Of a stretch of 47,258 nucleotides of DNA, positions 35,765-46,100 are shown piece by piece. The position numbers and the translations under genes are program-made. The DNA is from an uncultured Verrucomicrobiota bacterium. GTDB lineage: Bacteria; Verrucomicrobiota; Kiritimatiellia; CAIQIC01; Lenti-01. The notes beneath the pieces are model-generated. The model was not told where the DNA came from. It made no database searches and saw only the letters and a program-made list of their open reading frames with translations. The number at the start of each line of letters is the position of its first letter. Position 1 is the first letter of the stretch. The stretch covers positions 1 to 47,258 of the forward strand of contig CAZMOR010000043.1 in assembly GCA_964567795.1 (NCBI GenBank). The letters run 5' to 3'.

Positions 35765-36166
35765 CTACTTGATGTCGTCCCCGCTGCCGAAGTTGCCGTC
35801 CGCCCCCGCCGACACCACCGTGTAGCTGTTTTCCGACTTGGAATACTGGTATTCATTGCCCCACGGATCCTTCAGGCCCTCGGCCTTCTTCAGATAGGGC
35901 CCGTTCCAGTTGTTCTCGCTCCCCTTCGTCAGCAGGCCCTGCAAGCTGTCCGGCAGCTTGCCGTTGTCCACTTCGTACATGTCAATCGCCTGCTCGATCG
36001 CCGCCACGCCCTGCTTGGCGACGTTCTTCTTCGCCTGGCCGATCTTGCCGGTCAGCTTGACCCCCGCCACGGCCGCCAGCATGCCGATGATCACCACCAC
36101 CAGCATGATTTCAATCAGCGTAAAGCCCGCGTCCCGCCGGCGGATTTCCTTGTTCAGCGTCGTCAT
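35765..36166 (-). CDS. gspG: Type II secretion major pseudopilin GspG
   Basis: The ATG at 36166 is preceded by GGAGG. MTTLNKEIRRRDAGFTLIEIMLVVVIIGMLAAVA...AKQGVAAIEQAIDMYEVDNGKLPDSLQGLL...NGPYLKK...DPWGNEYQY...SAGADG is the canonical GspG sequence. Confidence 0.9.
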   Translation of the reverse strand: MTTLNKEIRRRDAGFTLIEIMLVVVIIGMLAAVAGVKLTGKIGQAKKNVAKQGVAAIEQAIDMYEVDNGKLPDSLQGLLTKGSENNWNGPYLKKAEGLKDPWGNEYQYSKSENSYTVVSAGADGNFGSGDDIK

Positions 36167-36370
36167 CCTGCACCTCCAAATCATGGGTTATCTCCAGACT
36201 TCCACCTTACCACACCTTCCGCCGCCGCCGCGAGGATTTCTTGGCCCGCCGCCCGCCCCCGGCGGCGGGGGCCGGCCGGCCGTTCTGTGCTTGCCTTTTC
36301 GGGACCGCCGACGGCATAGTGAATGGTTTGCCGTGGCGCTCCCGGACCCCGGCGAGGAGTGAATGGAATC

Positions 36371-38230
36371 ATGAGTACGTTTCAAATCACGATGCTGCTG
36401 TTCCAGGTCCTGGGCGGCCTGAGCCTCTTCATCTACGGCATGCACGTCATGACCCGCAGCCTGCGCACGGCCGCGGGCAGCTCCCTGCGCACCATCCTGG
36501 CCCGCGCCACCCAAAGCCGCGTCCATGGCGCCGTCTTCGGCACCGTCGTCGGCTTCCTCGCCCACTCCGGCGCCGCCGTGGCCATGCTGGCGGGTTTCAT
36601 CAACGCCGGCGTCATGACCCTCGAACAGGCCATCGCCCCCGTCTTCGGCGCCAACATCGGCACCTCGCTTTCCATGCAGTTGATTTCCTTCCACCTGGCC
36701 GACTACTGCTGGGCCGCCATCGGCATCGGCTTCCTCCTCGATTCCCTCATCCCCTCCGAACGCTGGCGCAAGCTCGGCGACGCCCTCATCGGCTTCGGTT
36801 TGCTCTTTTTGGGCATGGACACGATTTCCTCCGGCATCGCCCCCCACAAGGATCTGCTCGCTCCCTACCTCGCCCACATCCGCGGCGACGTCTGGACCTG
36901 GCGCATCCTCGGCGTCACCATCTCCGCCCTCCTGACCGCCCTGCTGACCTCTTCCGGCGCCATGATCGGTCTCTGCTTCGCCCTCGTCACCGCCAACGTC
37001 TTCACCCGCTTCGACCAGGTGGCCGTCGTCGTCCTCGGCGCGCACATCGGCACCTGCATCGTGCCCATCATGGCCGCCATTCCCATGCGCATCGGCGCCT
37101 GGCGCGCGGCCATCGCCCACCTCGTGTTCAACATCGCCAACGTCCTCTTCGTGCTTCTGGCCTGGCCGCTCTTCGTCTGGGCCTGCGACGCCTCCGCTCC
37201 GGGCAACCTCCTGCGCCAGGCGGCCAATCTGCATACCTTCGCCATGGTCTTCGCCACGGTCATCCTCCTGCCGTTCATCGGCCTCTTCACCCGCCTCGTG
37301 CGCGTCGTCACCCCTTCCAAGGAACCCGTGCCCGCCCCCTCCTTCCTCGATGCCAAGCTCCTCGCCAAGCCCGAGCAGGCCCTCGCCGCCGTCATCCGCG
37401 AACTCCGCCGCATGGCCGAGGTCTGCGTCGACAGCATGCTCCTCAACGGCGAACTCATCCTCGCCCCCTGCCGCAAGACCCACCGCCGCCTCCTCTCCAA
37501 CGAGGACATCATCAACGAAGTCCGCCAGTCCATGGGCGACTATCTCAACCACCTCGCCCGCCATTACCTCTCCCGCCGCCAGACCCTCTTCATCCAGCAC
37601 CTCGACCGCTGCATGAAGGACATCGAACGCATCAGCGACCACCTCACCCACATCGGCGATACCTCCATCGAGCGCTTCAAGATCCCCGACGCCATCGTCC
37701 CCGAGGACGTTTTCCGCGCCTGGTTCACGCTCTTCTGCTCCGCCAAGCATGTCGTCTCCCTCATGGCCAAATCCTTCGACCCCGACTCCAACACCTTCCA
37801 GAACACCGCCCTCGAAATCCTCCGCGCCCGCGACGCCTACATGATCCAGTCCATGGACGCCAAGGCCGAGTTCGCCGGCGCCGCCCGCGACAAGCGCATC
37901 ACCCCCATCGGCGGCTATTACCTCTCCCGCTACATCGAGGACCTCGACCGCCTCGTCCGCCGCGCCAAGTCCATCGCCTTCGCCGAACGCCAGCCCGACT
38001 TCTGGGTCAAGGCCGCCAAGCTCGAGAAGGAGGCCAAGGAGGCCATCGCCTACATCGCCCCGGCCCGCGTCGCCCCCAAGGACTATCTCGAACTCCTCAA
38101 GAAGGAAACCCCCTTCGACGACTCCGACCTCCCCGAGGACCTGCCCCACTACATCCCCGCCGAATCCCCCCACCAGCCCCCGCCCGACGAGCACCCCCAC
38201 GCCGGCAACGGGACCCCGCCCCAGGCCTGA
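36371..38230 (+). CDS. Na+/phosphate cotransporter family protein with PhoU-like cytoplasmic domain
   Basis: The ATG at 36371 gives MSTFQITMLLFQVLGGLSLFIYGMHVMTRSL...LAHSGAAVAMLAGFINAGVMTLEQAIAPVFGANIGTS (Na/Pi-cotransporter repeat), plus a second repeat (LLTSSGAMIGL...VVLGAHIGTC) and a helical PhoU-like C-terminal half. Very strong C3 codon bias. Confidence 0.9.
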   Translation: MSTFQITMLLFQVLGGLSLFIYGMHVMTRSLRTAAGSSLRTILARATQSRVHGAVFGTVVGFLAHSGAAVAMLAGFINAGVMTLEQAIAPVFGANIGTSLSMQLISFHLADYCWAAIGIGFLLDSLIPSERWRKLGDALIGFGLLFLGMDTISSGIAPHKDLLAPYLAHIRGDVWTWRILGVTISALLTALLTSSGAMIGLCFALVTANVFTRFDQVAVVVLGAHIGTCIVPIMAAIPMRIGAWRAAIAHLVFNIANVLFVLLAWPLFVWACDASAPGNLLRQAANLHTFAMVFATVILLPFIGLFTRLVRVVTPSKEPVPAPSFLDAKLLAKPEQALAAVIRELRRMAEVCVDSMLLNGELILAPCRKTHRRLLSNEDIINEVRQSMGDYLNHLARHYLSRRQTLFIQHLDRCMKDIERISDHLTHIGDTSIERFKIPDAIVPEDVFRAWFTLFCSAKHVVSLMAKSFDPDSNTFQNTALEILRARDAYMIQSMDAKAEFAGAARDKRITPIGGYYLSRYIEDLDRLVRRAKSIAFAERQPDFWVKAAKLEKEAKEAIAYIAPARVAPKDYLELLKKETPFDDSDLPEDLPHYIPAESPHQPPPDEHPHAGNGTPPQA

Positions 38231-38244
38231 GTTCCGCTGCCGCG

Positions 38245-38276
38245 CCCCCCCATGCGGGGGCTCGCGGCTCATGCCG
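38245..38276. repeat. GC-rich 32-nt intergenic repeat, copy 1
   Basis: cccccccatgcgggggctcgcggctcatgccg is identical to 39813..39844. It lies 15 nt after the Na/Pi transporter stop. It contains a CCCCC-atgc-GGGGG hairpin and is followed by ..gctt-aaatccgg.., which is also present with a gap after copy 2. Confidence 0.85.
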
Positions 38277-38343
38277 GCTTAAATCCGGCTGTTCTTGCAT
38301 CCCCCTTTCAGGCAGGATGGGGGACCAAAAGGAGCGCTTCGCC

Positions 38344-39015
38344 ATGCTGAGCCAATTCGACATCTTCATCCGCCTGCTCGCCGCCGCCATCCTCGGCGGC
38401 CTGATCGGCCTGGAACGCGAACTCCACGACCAGCCCGCCGGCCTGCGCACGCACATCATCCTCGTCCTCGGCGCCACCATCGCCATGTGCATCTCCATCA
38501 ACCTCTCCATGCAGTTCCACACCGTCGCCACCAACGGCGACCCCGAACGCCTCGCCGCGCAGGTCATCTCCGGCATCGGCTTCCTCGGCGCCGGCGCCAT
38601 CTTCCGCTACGGCGCCAACGTCAAGGGCCTCACCACCGCCGCCAGCCTCTGGACCACCGCCATCATCGGCCTCGCCGTCGGCGCCGGCTACTTCCTCCTC
38701 GGCCTCGCCGCGACCCTCTGCGTCCTCTTCGCCCTCATCGCCCTCGATTCGATGGAAAAGAGATTTCTCCGCAGCCACGCCACCCGCGTCGTCAGCATTC
38801 GCGGCACCGACCGCCCCGGCTTCCTCGCGGATGTCAAACAGACCCTGCTCGCATTCCACGTCCCCCTGCGCTCCGTCTCCCTTTCCCGGGACCTGAAAAA
38901 CACCACCGTGCAGATCGAAGGCGTCGCCAAGCTCTCCAAGGCCCAGTCCATGGAAGACCTCGTCCAGGCCATTTCAAAGATCGAAGGCGTCGCCGACTTC
39001 CAGATCCGCGAGTAA
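38344..39015 (+). CDS. mgtC: MgtC/SapB family membrane protein with C-terminal ACT-like domain
   Basis: The ATG at 38344 lies 9 nt after AAGGAG. MLSQFDIFIRLLAAAILGGLIGLERELHDQPAGLRTHIILVLGA...QVISGIGFLGAGAIF...GLTTAASLWTTAIIGLAVGAG is the canonical MgtC core. An alternative ATG lies at 38317. The 924-aa track ORF upstream of this is a frame artefact. Confidence 0.85.
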   Translation: MLSQFDIFIRLLAAAILGGLIGLERELHDQPAGLRTHIILVLGATIAMCISINLSMQFHTVATNGDPERLAAQVISGIGFLGAGAIFRYGANVKGLTTAASLWTTAIIGLAVGAGYFLLGLAATLCVLFALIALDSMEKRFLRSHATRVVSIRGTDRPGFLADVKQTLLAFHVPLRSVSLSRDLKNTTVQIEGVAKLSKAQSMEDLVQAISKIEGVADFQIRE

Positions 39016-39024
39016 GGACGGCCC

Positions 39025-39366
39025 ATGGAACAAGTCGCCTCCTATTTTGACGACAAAAGCGTGGAAACGGTCAAGGCCGTCTTCGCTAAACTGCAAATTC
39101 CCTATGAACTCCGCGTCGAGGAAGGCGACATGCCCGCCACCTCCGTCTGGGTCCCGCCCGAATTCTTCGACCAGGCCTGCGACACCGTCGAAAAGCTGGA
39201 ACAGTACCGGATGGAGAAACTGGCCAAGACGCGCGGCCCCCGCCGCTGCCGCAACTGCTACGGCACGGACCTGGAAGAATGTACCGAACAGTACCGGGAT
39301 AAACTTCCCCCCGAAGTCACCGCCCTCTACCGCTGCCGCAAGTGCAACCAGATCCTTGCGGAATAA
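39025..39366 (+). CDS. Small protein: DUF2007-like N-terminal domain + CxxC...CxxC zinc ribbon
   Basis: 113 aa. The ATG lies 9 nt after the mgtC stop, with AAGGA upstream. It contains CRNC (x24) CRKC. No specific family can be confirmed. Confidence 0.55.
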   Translation: MEQVASYFDDKSVETVKAVFAKLQIPYELRVEEGDMPATSVWVPPEFFDQACDTVEKLEQYRMEKLAKTRGPRRCRNCYGTDLEECTEQYRDKLPPEVTALYRCRKCNQILAE

Positions 39367-39794
39367 TGCCCCGTCCAACCCCCATCACCCGCTACCGCCC
39401 TCATCCGCTCCCGGTTATTTATGGGCTGGCAGTCATGGCCTTCGCTGCCTGGGACTGGTGTCGGGAACCGTTTTGCTCCGTCAATAATACTATTTTGTTT
39501 TTCGGCGGAATGTTTTTACTGATTTTTCTCCCCAACGTAACGGTTTCCGATGAGGAATTGGTCGTTTCCTGGGTTTTCGGTCTGTACAAACGCCGGACAT
39601 CCTTGTCATCGATTGTGGAAATCAAGAACGCAACCGGTCGCGGCAGAGGTGCGGCAATTTTGTGCCTTTGCATCGCCAACGGCAAGCCCTGCAATATCTT
39701 CCTGGTTACGCAAACGCGTTTGGCCAGGTTCGTGCAGGACATCCGCTCCCGGTTGAAACATCCTTCCGTCCCATCCGGCGCGCCGGCCCCATAA
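39366..39794 (+). CDS. Small two-TM membrane protein (PH-like C-terminal part), lower GC than its surroundings
   Basis: The ATG at 39366 overlaps the previous TAA by 1 nt (TAATG). Hydrophobic segments are VIYGLAVMAFAAW and ILFFGGMFLLIFL. There are AT-rich stretches such as tcaataatactattttgtttttcggcggaatgtttttactgatttttctcc. Confidence 0.45.
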   Translation: MPRPTPITRYRPHPLPVIYGLAVMAFAAWDWCREPFCSVNNTILFFGGMFLLIFLPNVTVSDEELVVSWVFGLYKRRTSLSSIVEIKNATGRGRGAAILCLCIANGKPCNIFLVTQTRLARFVQDIRSRLKHPSVPSGAPAP

Positions 39795-39812
39795 TTGCCC
39801 GGCTGATCCATC

Positions 39813-39844
39813 CCCCCCCATGCGGGGGCTCGCGGCTCATGCCG
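39813..39844. repeat. GC-rich 32-nt intergenic repeat, copy 2
   Basis: Identical to 38245..38276. It lies 19 nt after the stop of the 39366..39794 gene. Confidence 0.85.
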
Positions 39845-40126
39845 TTCCGAAGGCTTCTGAATCCGGACTCCTGAATGCTGAATCCTCGCCGCCCCGGCGG
39901 CGAAAAACGCCGCGAAAGTGCCCTTTTTGAGCCTTTGGGGCCTTTCCCGGCCCGGAGCCCCCCCCTTCCGCCTTGCCTTGCCCCCGGCCGCCCGCTTATC
40001 CTCGGTTCCGAACACCGCCCGGCCCATGCCGGGAAAATGGGAAAACTTTCTAAGATGTCTGTCCGTCAGCCGTAGTACAGGATGATCAGATTCCGGGAAT
40101 CCCATTCCCCAACCAGGAGCACCGCC

Positions 40127-43100
40127 ATGAAAAAATGGACCGCCTTCGCCGCCGCCGCCCTCTTCGCCGCCGGTGCCGCCGCCCAGGAAATCGGCTACAT
40201 CGAAGAATACGCCCTCGCTTCCAACCGCGTGGAAGCCCTCCGCGACCTTGTGCCGGGCACCGACGACTATTTCTATTTCCACGCCCTGCAGGCCCAGAAT
40301 TCGGGCCAGCGGGCGGAATTCAAGGAGATCCTGGACCGCTGGCTCCGCGAGCGCTCCGGCACCACCCCCGACCCGGCCCGCGAATTGCTCAACCGCCAGG
40401 CCCTCCTGGATTACAACCAGGACCCCGACCTCACCCTGGCCTATCTCCGCGACCAGCTCCGCCCCTATCTCGGCCACGCCCGCAAAACCGGCGAACGCCA
40501 CAGCACCGCCCCTTCCACGCTCGATCCCCGCCTCATCGCCACCGACACGCTGCTCCAGCGCGCCCTCGCCAACGATCCGCCCAGCCTCCTCCGCATCGAG
40601 GACGAAGGCCTCGGCGTGGTCGCCGGCGCCGCTCTCGCCGCCGGACCGGCTTTCTCCGGCGAAGACCTTGCCCAGGCCCTCGCCGGCGACCGGAGCCGTT
40701 TCGAACCCGTTCAAAACTTGCGCCAGAAGCTGGCCCCCGGCCAGCCGCTCACCGGCGAACAGCGCCGCAACCTCCTCTCCCGCCTCACCCGGCCGGATTA
40801 TCCCGGGCTCGTGGACCTGATTCTCGCCGACCTCGATTACCGCGACAGCCGCGGCTTCGGCCACCACAACATCCACCGCCTCCTGACCCTCGCGCAAATG
40901 GATGAGCTGCTGCAGAAACGCCCCGCCCTGCGCAACCAGACCGTCTTCGTCAACGCCTACCTCGCCAAGCTCGCGCCCGAGGACGAGGCCGATCTCGATT
41001 CCGATCTCGCCGCCCGCCAGGCCTACTTCGACCGGCTCTGGGCCTTCGTGAAAACCCTCGATCCCGTCCACAATTCCCTCAAGGCCAACGTGCTCTACGG
41101 CCGCCTGCTGCTCGACCGCCAGCAGGGCGTCTACGACGAAACCCGCTTCCGCGAATATGTCCAGCTTCCGCGCGACGTGTACTACCTGGCCGACGACGTG
41201 CGCCAGGCCCTGCCGCGCAGTGACCAGATGGCCCGGTTGGGCCAGAGCTTCGGCCTCCCGATGCTGCCCCCCGTCGGCAACGAGGAACCGCTCGTCTGCG
41301 ACTTCCTGCTCCATTTCTTCGCCGCCGCCCCCGATTACCAGGCCTACCTGCCCTGGATCCGCGACGACTTCCTCAAGCGCCTCTTCGCCGAAGCCAAGAT
41401 CACCTCCGGCGCCGGCACTCCCGAACAATGGTCCAGCCTGCTGTCGCCGGATGACTACCGCCGCCTGATGGAACGGGTGGATATCGATTTCGCGCCGGAC
41501 AATCCCGTCGTCTTCGGCCCCGGCGACGCGGTGCAGTTGCAGGCCTTCGTCAAGAACGTGCCGAACCTGATCGTCAAGGTGTACGAAATCAACACGCTGA
41601 ACTACTACCGCGAAACCGGCCGGCCGCTGGATCTCGCCCTCAATCTCGACGGCCTCGTGGCCTCCGCCGAACGGCGCGTGGCCTATTCGGATTCGCCCGA
41701 ACGCCGCACGCTGCGCACCTTCGATTTCCCCGAACTCAAGAACCGCGGCGCCTATGTCATCGAACTGATCGGCAACGGCAAGAGCAGCCGCGCCCTCGTG
41801 CAGAAAGGCCGTCTCAACGTGCTGCAGGAGGCCACCGCCGCCGGCCAGGCCTTCACGGTCTACGACGAGGACAACCGGCTGCTGGCCGATGCCAGCGCCT
41901 GGCTCGGCGGCCGCGAGTTCACGCCGGACGCCAAAGGCCGCCTGCTCATCCCCTACAGCACCGACCCGGGCCGCGAAGCGCTGGTGGTCCACGCCAACGG
42001 CTTTGCCACGCTCGTGCGCTTCGACCACCAGGAGGAAAGCTACACCCTGCAGGCCGGCTTCTATCTCGACCGCGAGGCGCTGCTCCGCCGCGAAAAGGCC
42101 CAGCTGGCCGTGCGCCCGGTCCTGCTTGTGAACGGCCGCCCCGCCAGCCTCAAGCTCCTCGAAGAACCCCGCCTGGTGATCCGCGCCACCGACCTCCAGG
42201 GCGTCGCCACCGAAAAGGAAATCACCGGCCTCGCCCTCCAGGAAAACGCCGAAACCATCCAGGAATTCTCCGTGCCGGAAAACCTGGTCTCGGTCTCCGT
42301 CGCGCTCAAGGCGAAAGTCCAGAACATCAGCCGCAACGAAAAACAGGACCTCGCCAGCAGTGCGGGGTTCCGCCTGAATGAAATCGACCGCGGGCCCGCC
42401 GTCCAGGACCTGCACGTCAGCCGCACGGTGGCCGGCTATCTCGTCGAACTGCGCGGCAAAAACGGCGAACTCCGCCCCGGCGAACCCCTTTCCTGCTGGT
42501 TCAAGCACCGCTGGTTCCGGGATGAAGTGGAAATCGAACTCCAGACCGATGCCCAGGGCCGCGCGGTTCTCGGTCCCTTGCCCGACATCGCGAGTTTCCG
42601 CATCCGCGAACCCATGGGCACCGAACACACCTGGGCCACCGCCGCGGACGCCTGCTCGCTGCCGGATGACTTGAACGGCCGGGCCGGCGAAACCCTGCGC
42701 CTGCCGGCCGCCTTCCCCGGCGCCGGCCAGCCGGCCGCCGTCTCCCTGCTCGAACGCCGCCAGGGCCAGTTCGTCAAGGATTGGCAGTCCGCCGTCGCCA
42801 TCACCAACGGCTTCATCGAACTCGCCAACCTGCCCGCCGGCAATTACTCGTTGTTCATCAAACCGCTCGCCCGCGAAATCCTCGTGCACGTAACGGCCGG
42901 CACGGAGGGCAACGGCTACATTCTCTCCGCACGCCGGGCGCTGGAGCGCCCCCGCCTGGCCCCGCTGCAGGTGCAGGACGTCACCGCCAGCCAGGATGCG
43001 GTTGAAATCCGGCTCGCCAACGCCACGCCTTTCACCCGCGTCCACGTGCTGGCCACCCGCTACCTTCCGGACTACGACCTCTTCGCACGTCTTGGCTCCA

Positions 43101-46100
43101 CCGGCGCCCCGGGCCTGCTCCAGCAGCTCTGGCAGCCCGCGCGCTCCTTCTACGAATCCGGCCGCGACATCGGCGACGAATACCGCTACATCCTCGACCG
43201 CCAAACGGCGAAAAAATTCCCCGGCAACATGCTCGACCGCCCCGGCCTGTTGCTTAATCCCTGGGAACTGCACGACACCGAGGCCGAAGCCGAAACGCTC
43301 GCGGATCAAGGCCAGTACGCCAGCCAGGCCATGCCCGCGCCCTCTGCCGCCATGGCGGAATACGGCGGCGCCGCCGGCGGCAGCGGCACCCAGGAGGGAT
43401 TCGCCGATCTCGATTTCCTGCAACAGCCGGCCGTGACGCTCTGGAATCAGGTGCCGGACAAAAACGGCGTCGTGCGCATCCCCCGCGCCGCGCTGCAGGG
43501 CCACCCGGACCTGCGCATCCTCGCCACCGACCCGGTCTCGTCCGCCCTGCGCCACGTGGCCCTGGAAGATTCCCCCGTCGCCACCCGCGAACTGCGCCAG
43601 GTGGCCGGCCTCGATCCGGCCAAGACCTACGCCGAACAGAAAATCATCACCCCCCTCCCCGCCCAGGCAGGGCTGACCATCGCCGATGCCACCACCGCGC
43701 GTTTCGAAACCTGCGACACCCTGGCCAAGGCCTACCGCCTGCTCGCCACGCTCAGCGAAGATCCGCTCATCGAGGAATTCTCGTTCATCACCACCTGGCC
43801 CAGTCTCGACGCCAAGGAACAGCGCCGGCTCTACTCGAAATACGCCTGCCACGAACTGAATTTCTTCTTGCATGAAAAGGATCCGAAGTTCTTCCGGGAA
43901 GTCGTCGCCCCCTATCTGAAGAACAAGAAGGACAAGACTTTCATGGATCACTGGCTGCTGGAGGATGACCTGGCGGAATATCTCGAGCCGGCGCGGTTCG
44001 AACGGCTGAACGCGGTCGAACGCATCCTGCTCGGCCAGCGGATCCCCGCGCAGACCGCCTCCCTCGTCCGCGACGCCCGGGATCGCGCCGACCTCCTCCC
44101 CCCCGACATCGACGAATTCAACCGCCGCTTCGACACCGCCCTCCAGTCCGGCGGCCTCGACCTCGGCGGCGGCATGCAGGCGGCCATCGGCGGATTGAGC
44201 CGGCTGATGGATCAAAAACGCAGCGCGTCTCTCGCGGACATGGTGCTCATGGGCGATGGAAAAGCCGTCGGACTTGAAGCCGCACCGGCACCGGATGCTG
44301 ATATGATGATGGCCGCCGACGCCGTCTCGCCCATCGTCATGAAAGGCCTGGCTCCAGGCTTGATGGCCAACCGCGCGGGAGCCCGGCGCGCGGAGCCTGT
44401 TTCCGAAGCGGAATTGGACGAGTTCCGGAGCGCGCCGGAAGCGCCGGCCTTCTTGAATAGCTTTTTTGATCGGGAATCTGGCGCCCGGGAGCAGGCGCAG
44501 CGGCGGTTCTTCCAGAAGCTGGACCAGACGAAGGAACTGGCGGAGAACAACTACTACCACCTGCCGCTCGAGCAGCAGGATGCCGACCTGGTCCCGGCCA
44601 GCGCCTTCTGGGCCGACTACGCGGCCCGCGATTCCCAACAGCCCTTCCTCTCGCCGCATTTCATGGACGCCACGCGCAGCTTCACCGAAATGATGCTGGC
44701 GCTGGCCGTGCTCGACCTCCCGTTCGAAGCCGGCGCGCACGCGGAGCAGCTGGACGGTCTGCAGTACAAGCTGTCCGCCGCTTCCCCGCTGGTGGTCTTC
44801 CACCGCGAAATCCTCGCGGCCGAAAAGGCCGACGAACCCGGCACCGTGCTCGTGGCCCAGCACTTCTTCCGGGCCGACGACCGCTACCGCTACGAGAACA
44901 ACGAGCGCTACGATAAATACGTGACCGACGAATTCCTCCCGCACGTGGTCTACGGCGCCCAGGTGCTCCTGACCAATCCGACGGGCAACCGCCAGAACCT
45001 GCAGGTCCTGCTGCAGATCCCCATGGGCGCCCTCCCTGTCAGCTCCGGCTTCTACACCCGCGGCATTCATGTCGCCCTCGACCCGCATGCCACCCAGACG
45101 ATTGAATATTTCTTCTACTTCCCGACCGCCGGCACCTATCCGCACTACCCCGTCACCCTCGCCCAGAACGACCGCGTCACCGGCGGCGCCGCCCCGTTCA
45201 CCTTCCGCGTCGTGGAGCAGCTCAGCCACATCGACAAGACCAGCTGGGCCTGGATTTCCCAGAACGGCACGCCGGAGGAAGTCCTGGCCTTCCTCGACCA
45301 GGCCAACCTCCTGCGCCTGGACCTGAACGAAATCGCCTGGCGGATGAAGGACAAGGAATTTTTCAAGAAAACAACCGCCCTCCTGCAGGCCCGCCACGTC
45401 TATCAGGACACCCTCTGGGCCTACGGCCTGCTGCACAACGATCCGGACACCCTGCGCACCTGGCTGGAGCATTCCCCCATCGCCGACCAGTGCGGCCTCT
45501 ATCTCGTCTCGCCGCTGCTGGTGCTTGATCCGGTCGCGCGCCTGGACTACCAGCACCTCGAATACGCGCCGCTGGTCAATCCGCGCGCCCACACCGTCGG
45601 CGCCAAGCGCAAGATCCTCAACTCCCGCTTCCGCGAACAGTACCAGCAGTTCCTGAAGGTGCTGAGCTACAAGGCCACCCTCGCCGACGCCGACAAACTG
45701 GCCGTGGCCTATTACCTGACCCTGCAGGACCGCGTGGAAGAGGCCCTCGACTGGTACGCGCGCGTCGACCGCCGCGCCGTGCCCGAGCAGCTCCAGTGCG
45801 ACTACCTCGAGGTCTACCTCGCGTTCTACCGCGGCGACACCGCCACCGCCCGCCGCCTCGCGCAGCCGCATGCGGAGGATCCTGTCGACCGCTGGCGCAG
45901 CCGCTTCGAACTGGCGCTGGCCCAGCTGGACGAAATCGAAAACGGCGCAGCCGCCGCCGTCGCGGATCCCGAAAACCGCGACCAGGTCCAGGGCGCGCTG
46001 GCCGCCACCGAACCCGCGCTCGACCTCCAAGTCGAGGCCGGCCGGATCCGCCTCGACACCCGCAACCTCAAGTCCTGCACGCTGAATTTCTATCCCATGG

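Noticed and set aside
36245-36269. Perfect 9-bp GC-only stem (CCCGCCGCC-cgccccc-GGCGGCGGG) in the gspG / Na-Pi divergent intergenic region
   Set aside because: It has no U-tract and lies between divergent starts, so a terminator makes no sense there. Stems of this type are expected by chance in GC-rich repeats of (CCG)n-like sequence. I noted it only as a possible structural element.
36188-38272. 694-aa minus-strand ORF opposite the Na/Pi cotransporter
   Set aside because: Same artefact. The translation is Gly/Asp/Glu/Val/Ala low-complexity, while the plus strand encodes a canonical Na/Pi cotransporter with PhoU.
36241-38316. Upstream part of the 924-aa plus-strand ORF 36241..39015 (Arg/Pro/His-rich)
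   Set aside because: It is an alternate frame of the Na/Pi transporter gene with an absurd RP-rich composition. Only its last 223 codons or so (from the ATG at 38344) form a real gene, mgtC.
39875-40075. 66-aa ORF inside the leader of the giant gene. The same applies to other 60-110-aa ORFs throughout the track
   Set aside because: It has no RBS, a Pro/Arg/Gly-rich composition, and lies in a region better explained as a non-coding leader. The other short ORFs are nested in or antisense to supported genes.
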